From an uncultured Desulfobacter sp. (lineage in GTDB: Bacteria > Desulfobacterota > Desulfobacteria > Desulfobacterales > Desulfobacteraceae): a stretch of 64,000 nucleotides of DNA. Positions 57,675-64,000 of the stretch are shown in pieces. The stretch lies in the NCBI GenBank assembly GCA_963665095.1, contig OY762069.1, positions 5,472,001 through 5,536,000 on the forward strand, given 5' to 3'. Every line of letters begins with the position of its first letter. Position 1 is the stretch's first letter. The position numbers and the translations under genes are program-made. The notes under the pieces were generated by a model, which saw only the letters and a list, made by a program, of their open reading frames with translations, made no database searches and was not told where the DNA came from.

Positions 57675-59375
57675 CTATTCGGCTGCTTCCTCCTCCTGGG
57701 CCTGAACCTGGGGGGCTGCCTGGCCTTTCAGGATATGCGGGGTGATAAAAATCAGCAGTTCTTCCATCTCAGAGCTGTTCGTTGTACTCCTGAACAGCCA
57801 GCCAAGACCCGGCACATCCATAAGCCAGGGAATTCCGGAATTGCCGTCTTCAGCTTTTTCTTTGTTCAACCCGCCTATGACTGTGGTCTGCCCGTCAAAT
57901 AAATTCACCATGGTTTCTGCATTTTTGGTGATAATGGTGGGATTGCCTACCACTGTATTTGTAAAGTCCAGCTCGTCTTTGTGTGTGAGAATTTCCAGGC
58001 GGACAATGTTGTCATTGATCACATGGGGCGTTACTTCCAGGCTGATCACCGCCTTTTTCCATTCAATATTGATCTCCCCGTCCTCCACTGTTTGAAACGG
58101 CACATCCTGGCCTGATTCAATGGTGGCTTTATGGTGATCCATAGTAGAGATGGAAGGCTTGGAAAGAATATTAATCTTTCCGTCCTCCTGCAGCGCCGTT
58201 AATTGTGTATAAAGCGCAAACTGGCCTATTTTTTCAGTCATCAGGCCCAGGGAGAGTCCGCTGGTGCCAGCATCGGCAAGGGTGCTCATAAGGCTGCCCA
58301 GGTTTGCGTTGCCGTCTTCATCCCATGCATTGGAATTAAACTGAGAGGTCTCGCTGCCAATCCAGTTCCGTGTGGTACCGTTGGCTGTGTCTGTTGTGGA
58401 AGAACTAAGTCCTCCCCATTGGACGCCTAACTCTCTGGCCGCATCTGAGGTTGCCTCTACAATATGTGCTTCAATAAGGATCTGCCGGCTTGGCCGGTCT
58501 AATTTCTGAATAATGGGCAGAATTTTATTTAAATCAGACTGGGTGGCATGGACAATCAGGGAATTGGTATTCTGGTCTTTCAGTATTGCCCCCCGAAGTT
58601 CTACCTGGTCTGAGGCGGCTGTTTTTTTGTCACCGGATTCCATGGCTGCTTTTTTCTGGACCGCTTCTTTTAACGCACTCATCAGATACTGTTCCAGGTT
58701 GTCTCTTAATTCATCCAGATTTGCAAAATTAATTTTTACCACGCGGGTCAGCAGGGGTTCAAGCTTCTCCTGTTTTCTGGCAATCTCCTGCATGACCAGG
58801 GCATGCTCTTTTTTACTTTTCTGGTATTTCTGTTTGGCCTCCATGAGGGCAATTTCTTTGTTCAGATCCTCCACCGTTATTACGCGAAGAATGTCACCGC
58901 TCCATTTATAGGTCAGGCCGTAGGTGTCCAGAAGACCGGTAAATGCCTGGTCCCATGGGATATTTTCAATGTTAATTTTGGCCTGTCCGGATACGGTTTC
59001 ATTTATGAGGATATTAACACCTGCCGCCCTGGCAAGCGTCCGCAGGAGAACCGCCACAGGCACATCGTGCATCTTCATGGTCAGCCGCATGGTCGGCAGC
59101 GCTTTTTCAGGAGCGGCAGAATCCTGAGTCTCGGCCCCATAATATTCCTGCTCCAGGGCCTGCACCTGGGCCTGGACATCTTTGTCAATTTTTTCAATAT
59201 AAGGCCGGGGATCAGGTGTGGCATGGGGGGAGTTTTCCGCCATAATCCGCCATTTTTCAAACCGGTCCGGAGATTGGGCTTCCTTCTCCGTGGTTTTACA
59301 CCCGGAACTGAGGACTATCAGCATCAACATTAAAAAACAAACCTGAACATAGTTTTTCATTTTTATTCCCATCAC
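57675..59375 (-). CDS. pilQ: Type IV pilus secretin
   Basis: Lipobox SSGC, IPWDQAF, QILIEAHIVEA, LGVQWG, LEVTPH, GQTTVIGG, ELLIFITP. Confidence 0.92.
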   Translation of the reverse strand: MMGIKMKNYVQVCFLMLMLIVLSSGCKTTEKEAQSPDRFEKWRIMAENSPHATPDPRPYIEKIDKDVQAQVQALEQEYYGAETQDSAAPEKALPTMRLTMKMHDVPVAVLLRTLARAAGVNILINETVSGQAKINIENIPWDQAFTGLLDTYGLTYKWSGDILRVITVEDLNKEIALMEAKQKYQKSKKEHALVMQEIARKQEKLEPLLTRVVKINFANLDELRDNLEQYLMSALKEAVQKKAAMESGDKKTAASDQVELRGAILKDQNTNSLIVHATQSDLNKILPIIQKLDRPSRQILIEAHIVEATSDAARELGVQWGGLSSSTTDTANGTTRNWIGSETSQFNSNAWDEDGNANLGSLMSTLADAGTSGLSLGLMTEKIGQFALYTQLTALQEDGKINILSKPSISTMDHHKATIESGQDVPFQTVEDGEINIEWKKAVISLEVTPHVINDNIVRLEILTHKDELDFTNTVVGNPTIITKNAETMVNLFDGQTTVIGGLNKEKAEDGNSGIPWLMDVPGLGWLFRSTTNSSEMEELLIFITPHILKGQAAPQVQAQEEEAAE

Positions 59376-59401
59376 CTGTTTATATTTAATCTTCTTTATA
59401 T

Positions 59402-59896
59402 TTAATCTTCCTGCAAATACAGTGTGACCTCTTGCTCGGTCTGGGTGAGCAGGGTCACCTTTAACGGCGTTATCTGAACAACTTTGAAGCCAATCTCCAG
59501 AACCAGATCGCCAACAGAGTATTCCATGCCGTTGATGATCCCGAGAACATTGCTGCCAAGCTGGATAAACCCTGAATAGATCATGTCCGGCAGTGCTTCG
59601 TTTTCCGTGTTTTTGAGCGCCTCGGGATCCTCTGTGTGCTGAATAAAAGGATCTTTAAGCCACGGGCCTTCCGCTTTTTTTTTGCTGTAAGACAGCACCC
59701 TGCCCTTATTGGCTGCGGTAAGCGCTGCAATAGCCGCATCAGATGTCTTGCCGGCGGTTTTTGCATCCTCAACCGCCGCCTGGATTATCTGTTCCTCCGA
59801 CCCTGCATCTTTTTTACCCAGCACAAAATAATCCAGCAGGCCGTATACAGCCGCAAGGGCCGCTAAAAGGATGATTATGCTCTCTCTTTTTTTCAT
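59402..59896 (-). CDS. Pilus assembly protein in PilP position
   Basis: N-terminal TM, KDPF motif, GIING..YSVGD; between pilO-like gene and pilQ. Confidence 0.6.
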   Translation of the reverse strand: MKKRESIIILLAALAAVYGLLDYFVLGKKDAGSEEQIIQAAVEDAKTAGKTSDAAIAALTAANKGRVLSYSKKKAEGPWLKDPFIQHTEDPEALKNTENEALPDMIYSGFIQLGSNVLGIINGMEYSVGDLVLEIGFKVVQITPLKVTLLTQTEQEVTLYLQED

Positions 59897-59904
59897 ATTT
59901 TTGT

Positions 59905-60480
59905 CTATCCCTGATTATTTCCAGACGAATTATTGTTTTCTATGGCAATCTTGAATCTGACCACACAATGCCTGATACTTTTTTGATCCGTCCTGATTTC
60001 AATATTTTCAAAGCTTTTAAAACAGGGGAGCTGTGCAAGGGAGATCAGGCAGGGCCTGAAATTTAAGAATTTACCATTAAAAGTCAGATCCAGGGACAAC
60101 TGGTCCGCGCCAATATCAAAAGATGCTGTATCAAGACGATTCTCAGATAATACCATGTCTTGATTTTCGGCAATATCTTTGAATATCTCGGACAAGGATG
60201 AAATCTGGTCCCTTGAAATTGCCTTTCTTGCAGGAAAAGGTAACATATTTTCAAAGGACTCATTTGCCAGCACCTGAGCTTTGACATAAATGGGATAAAA
60301 CAGCTTTTGCTCTTCCAGTCGGATGGTTTTGCTTACCCAGTCCTTTTTTACCTCCTGGATATGGCGGTATTTCGGGTAAAGAAGCCCAAAGGCAAATGCC
60401 GCAACCAGCACAACAGCGCCCACAATCAGCCCCAGCGTCAGTGAAGAAATTTTGTTCGTATCCTTGCTTTTTTCTGCCAT
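59905..60480 (-). CDS. PilO-like assembly protein
   Basis: Single TM, coiled segment, GKFLNFRPCLISLAQLP; operon position. Confidence 0.65.
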   Translation of the reverse strand: MAEKSKDTNKISSLTLGLIVGAVVLVAAFAFGLLYPKYRHIQEVKKDWVSKTIRLEEQKLFYPIYVKAQVLANESFENMLPFPARKAISRDQISSLSEIFKDIAENQDMVLSENRLDTASFDIGADQLSLDLTFNGKFLNFRPCLISLAQLPCFKSFENIEIRTDQKSIRHCVVRFKIAIENNNSSGNNQG

Positions 60481-62270
60481 CAGCGTATCTCCATATCTGC
60501 CGTGAACTTGAGGATGCTTCCCTCTTCTTTCTGTTCCACTTCTTTGTCCTCAACGGAGATTTCTCCAAAAAGAGGAGAATCACCCAGGGCAATCACATAC
60601 CCGGTGAGGGTTGATTCAAGTGCTGTAAATTCTTCCGTGACAACGCCCTGTAACCTGAGATGGCGCGCTTTAACAGCCTCAATTTTTTTCCCTTTCCCTC
60701 TTGTTGTCAGTTTTGTCTGCCCTGCCTTATCTTCAGTCAGGCCGGCATCCAGAGAGACAAGGGCGATGTTTTCAGGGGTCAGGGAACACAGTTCCCCAAT
60801 GACTGCCAACGGTGTGTAATCCTTAATGTACTGACGTATTATCTGTGACCGTTTCTGAGCCTGGGCAATTTTTTTGTTCAGCACATCCCGGGTTACTGCA
60901 ATTTCATATCTGGCAAGCTGTGTTTCAACCTGGGTGCGTTTGGCTGTAATATCATTTTCCATTTGATTGAACCATACCCAGACGCCGACACAGATAAGAA
61001 GCCCGGCAATCCCCGCTGCAATAACCCCCATATTGATTTTTTTATTTTTTGCCGCAATTGCTTTTTCTTTATGGGTATAGAGGAAATTGGGTGTCACGGT
61101 GTTGTCGGACAGGGCAATGCCCAAAGCCGGGATGATTCCATTCCTGTCCTGGGCATCTGCAGGCACCGTGACGCCGGCCGCAGCCATATTATCCTGATGG
61201 GGGGAAAAAAGGATGGTCCTGTCAGGCATCATCTCTTCGAGAAAAGTCGTGAAACCAGGACTGGTATCTGTCTCACCGAAAAAATAATATTTTGCGATCG
61301 GTTCATTATCCAGGTAGGTATTGGAGCAATACTCTCCGGTACGCTGGATTTTCCCCACCAGCCTGTTGGCTGCGCCGCCCATCTCCTCAAACCCCGGATC
61401 ATCCATACGGTTGCGTGCGGACAGAATCCAGGGAATATCGGTAATATTCTTATCAATCATCCCGGATTCCATAGAGGCTTCCACCAGACTGAAGGAACCG
61501 GTTTTAATACTTCTTGCCACGATCACGCCCTGGTTTGCCAGGCAGAAAATTTCAGACCGGTAACGCCGTATGTTGACCACCACAACCGGTTTTCCCCCGG
61601 TGTCCGGCTGTCCGGCAAGAAGGCAGTTCTGCAGGGCAAAAGGGGTCGCAGTAATACCTGTCAGAGAATGTCCGGCTGATTTGAACAGTTGCTGGATCTC
61701 TTTTACCGCCGTTTTGGCCCCGGTAAATGCCACTACGTTTTTCTTTTTAACACCATTAACATGGACATCAGAGATGAACTCATAGTCAAAAATCTCATCG
61801 ACCGGATCAAAGTCAATCTCCTTTTTCAATGCCCACATGGCAGCATTGGCCATTTTTGCATCAGGCATGTTCGGCAGCACCAGCTGTCTGAGTTTGACAT
61901 CCTTAGTCTCAATGGCGGCCCAGATAGAGACCTTTTTTTTGTTTTCCAGAAAAGAGGAGAGTGAGGATTTAAGAAAGGCAGGGAATTGCTCATCTTTAAT
62001 GTCTGAATTCTCAGGGTATGGCAGAGTCTGCCACTTAATGATATCTCTGGGGCCGCCTCGTTTTGCTCCGCCGGCCAGAACCAGGGAGAGCCGGTTTCCG
62101 CCAAAGTGTACCCCAAGACAAAGGTTGTATATGGAGCTGTCTTTAATTGGACTGCCGCTTCCGGATTCTGGCTGAGGTACAGATGCGTCCCCGGCCGGAG
62201 ACGGCGGGGTGTCGCCACGGATGGAATCTAATAGTTTTTCTGTTGAACTTAAATCATTTGAATCTGCCAC
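60480..62270 (-). CDS. PilM-PilN-like fusion protein
   Basis: Cytoplasmic PilM-like region, ALGIAL...NFL junction, one TM, PilN-like LTPENIALVSL...SPLF. Confidence 0.75.
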   Translation of the reverse strand: MADSNDLSSTEKLLDSIRGDTPPSPAGDASVPQPESGSGSPIKDSSIYNLCLGVHFGGNRLSLVLAGGAKRGGPRDIIKWQTLPYPENSDIKDEQFPAFLKSSLSSFLENKKKVSIWAAIETKDVKLRQLVLPNMPDAKMANAAMWALKKEIDFDPVDEIFDYEFISDVHVNGVKKKNVVAFTGAKTAVKEIQQLFKSAGHSLTGITATPFALQNCLLAGQPDTGGKPVVVVNIRRYRSEIFCLANQGVIVARSIKTGSFSLVEASMESGMIDKNITDIPWILSARNRMDDPGFEEMGGAANRLVGKIQRTGEYCSNTYLDNEPIAKYYFFGETDTSPGFTTFLEEMMPDRTILFSPHQDNMAAAGVTVPADAQDRNGIIPALGIALSDNTVTPNFLYTHKEKAIAAKNKKINMGVIAAGIAGLLICVGVWVWFNQMENDITAKRTQVETQLARYEIAVTRDVLNKKIAQAQKRSQIIRQYIKDYTPLAVIGELCSLTPENIALVSLDAGLTEDKAGQTKLTTRGKGKKIEAVKARHLRLQGVVTEEFTALESTLTGYVIALGDSPLFGEISVEDKEVEQKEEGSILKFTADMEIR

Positions 62271-62744
62271 AGTTACCCCTTGCTACAAGTATAAATTATG
62301 AGGGCCGCCTGCAATTTTATAAACAATCAGCAAATAGATCAGACGCCATCGACTATAAATCAGCCTTTTTCGCTTTCGCGTTTTACTCCTGCTCTATTTT
62401 ACATGCTGCTCTTTTTCTCAAAATGGGTTTGCTTTTTTTAGTTGTATGTACCAGGCTGTATTTCCAGCTAAAACAGCCTTGGGAGCTTTATTAATCAGTA
62501 TTTCAGACATTGTCAATCAAAATATAGCATTTATTTCTATGAAATACATGTTAAAAACAATGGGTTAAGGTCTGTTACGGCGGATAATTTCTTGAAGGCG
62601 CTGTCAAATGTGTAAGCCAAATAATGGATAAAAGGCGCGTGCTCCATATGATAACATTCTGTAATAACTTGTTAATTCGGCATGTAAATAATTTTTTATA
62701 TATATTGACTTAATCATAGACTTTGCTTATTTAAACATAATTAG

Positions 62745-64000
62745 ATGAAAACATATACAAAAATTTTATTTTTAACCCTGCCTCTTGTTTTTTTGTTTTT
62801 GGCTGCCACAATAGGGATTACCTATCATTTTTCTCGTTCAGCGCTTCTTGAACTCGGGGATGCCTGGCTGTCTACGCGAATGGAGATGGCTTTGGGAATC
62901 GCCGGCGAGCAGGAAAAAATTCTTCACGATTACGGACTGGGAAAAATCCCGGCAAGTATAGCCAAGGCAAAACAGGATGCCATTGCCCGGATTAAGGAGA
63001 TAAGAATAGGGGATAAAGGCTATATATTCATAGTGGGGCATTGCGGCGCGGTAATTTTTCATCCCAATAAATACTTAAAAGATACAGACCTTGGCCATGA
63101 ACCATGGTTTTCGACCCTGACAGATAAGGGCGGCAGGCAGGTCATAAATTTATCCGGCAAACCCATTCTTGCCCGGTTTGGCTATTTTACCCCATGGGAC
63201 TGGTATATTCTGGCTGTGGATCCCATAGAAGAAGTTTACGGGGCAATCAACCGGGTGCAGCCGTACCTGTATGCCCTGTTCATTTTTGCAGCCGCCACTA
63301 TTTCCCTGGCTTTGATGCTTTTAACCGCCCGGCTGACCAGACCGCTGAAAGAACTGCTTTCAGGAACCCAGGCCTTTGGAAAAGGCAAGCTTGACACCAG
63401 AATCAATATCCGGTCAGATGATGAATTCGGACTTCTGGCAAAAGAGTTTAACCGGATGGCATTCCGGCTTCAGGACAGTCTTACGGCACTGAAACAGAAT
63501 GAAGAACATTTCAGGGCACTGATTGAAAATGCCAGCGATATGGTCTGGATTTTAGACAGTCAGGGGGTTTTTCAATATGTCAGCCCTTCCACCTTCCGAA
63601 TTCTTGGGTATCCTCCAAAAACGCTTATAGGACAGTACGCCGGGGATTATGTGCATCCCCAGGACAGGGAGCAGCTTGCTGAAAGATTTTCGCTCAGGGT
63701 CGAGTCCCTTATCCAGGCTCAGCCCACCGAGCTTCGATTCAGGCATGAGGCAAATTACTGGTGCGCCCTTGAATCCATTTCGAAAAATCTGCTTGACCAT
63801 CCGACTGTTAAAGGGATGATCGTCAATTCAAGGGATATCTCCAAACGCAAACAGATAGAACAGGCCCTGAAACTGTCCCATCAGGAGCTTGAAAACAGGG
63901 TCAAGGCACGCACCAGGGAGCTGCAGGCCACCAACAAGGCCCTGAACAATGAAATTCATATCCGCAAACAAAAGGAAAAGGAGCTTGAACTGGCAGGTCA
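62745..64000 (+). CDS. Sensor protein, Cache-HAMP-PAS (probably histidine kinase); runs off the window
   Basis: Open frame from ATG 62745: TM, GYIFIV...IFHP Cache, RLTRPL...DEFGLLAKEFNRMA HAMP, FRALIENASD PAS, ELENRVKART coiled coil. Confidence 0.85.
   Translation, partial: MKTYTKILFLTLPLVFLFLAATIGITYHFSRSALLELGDAWLSTRMEMALGIAGEQEKILHDYGLGKIPASIAKAKQDAIARIKEIRIGDKGYIFIVGHCGAVIFHPNKYLKDTDLGHEPWFSTLTDKGGRQVINLSGKPILARFGYFTPWDWYILAVDPIEEVYGAINRVQPYLYALFIFAAATISLALMLLTARLTRPLKELLSGTQAFGKGKLDTRINIRSDDEFGLLAKEFNRMAFRLQDSLTALKQNEEHFRALIENASDMVWILDSQGVFQYVSPSTFRILGYPPKTLIGQYAGDYVHPQDREQLAERFSLRVESLIQAQPTELRFRHEANYWCALESISKNLLDHPTVKGMIVNSRDISKRKQIEQALKLSHQELENRVKARTRELQATNKALNNEIHIRKQKEKELELAG

Overview
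Chromosomal window from a bacterium whose gene content suggests Desulfobacterota, probably Desulfobacteraceae (inferred, not proven). It starts with glnA and an MltB-type lytic transglycosylase. A 4.05-kb integrase-less islet follows in tRNA-Glu(CTC), carrying a primase-like/SF2 helicase/PLD fusion and a RelE/ParE toxin-antitoxin pair. Next come a degraded zeta-like ATPase, an ADP-ribosylglycohydrolase, and a two-gene operon of a peptidoglycan amidase plus a MamK-like actin with no other magnetosome gene in the window. A 10.4-kb island in tRNA-Sec reduces to a ~5.5-kb rolling-circle element once a nested IS21::IS3 stack is removed; it has an HUH Rep, a tyrosine integrase, an anti-phage dCTP deaminase and an uncalled 59-aa ORF. 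The middle holds peptidase/transporter genes and a DUF2868/DUF3482-GTPase pair. A ~28-kb type IV pilus/T2SS-like locus fills most of the right half; between its major and minor pilins sits a seven-gene lipid-carrier glycosylation cassette with radical SAM, aldehyde dehydrogenase and ATP-grasp genes, the best candidate for an undescribed system. The window ends in a partial Cache-HAMP-PAS sensor. Family calls come from motif recognition by eye; no database search was run.
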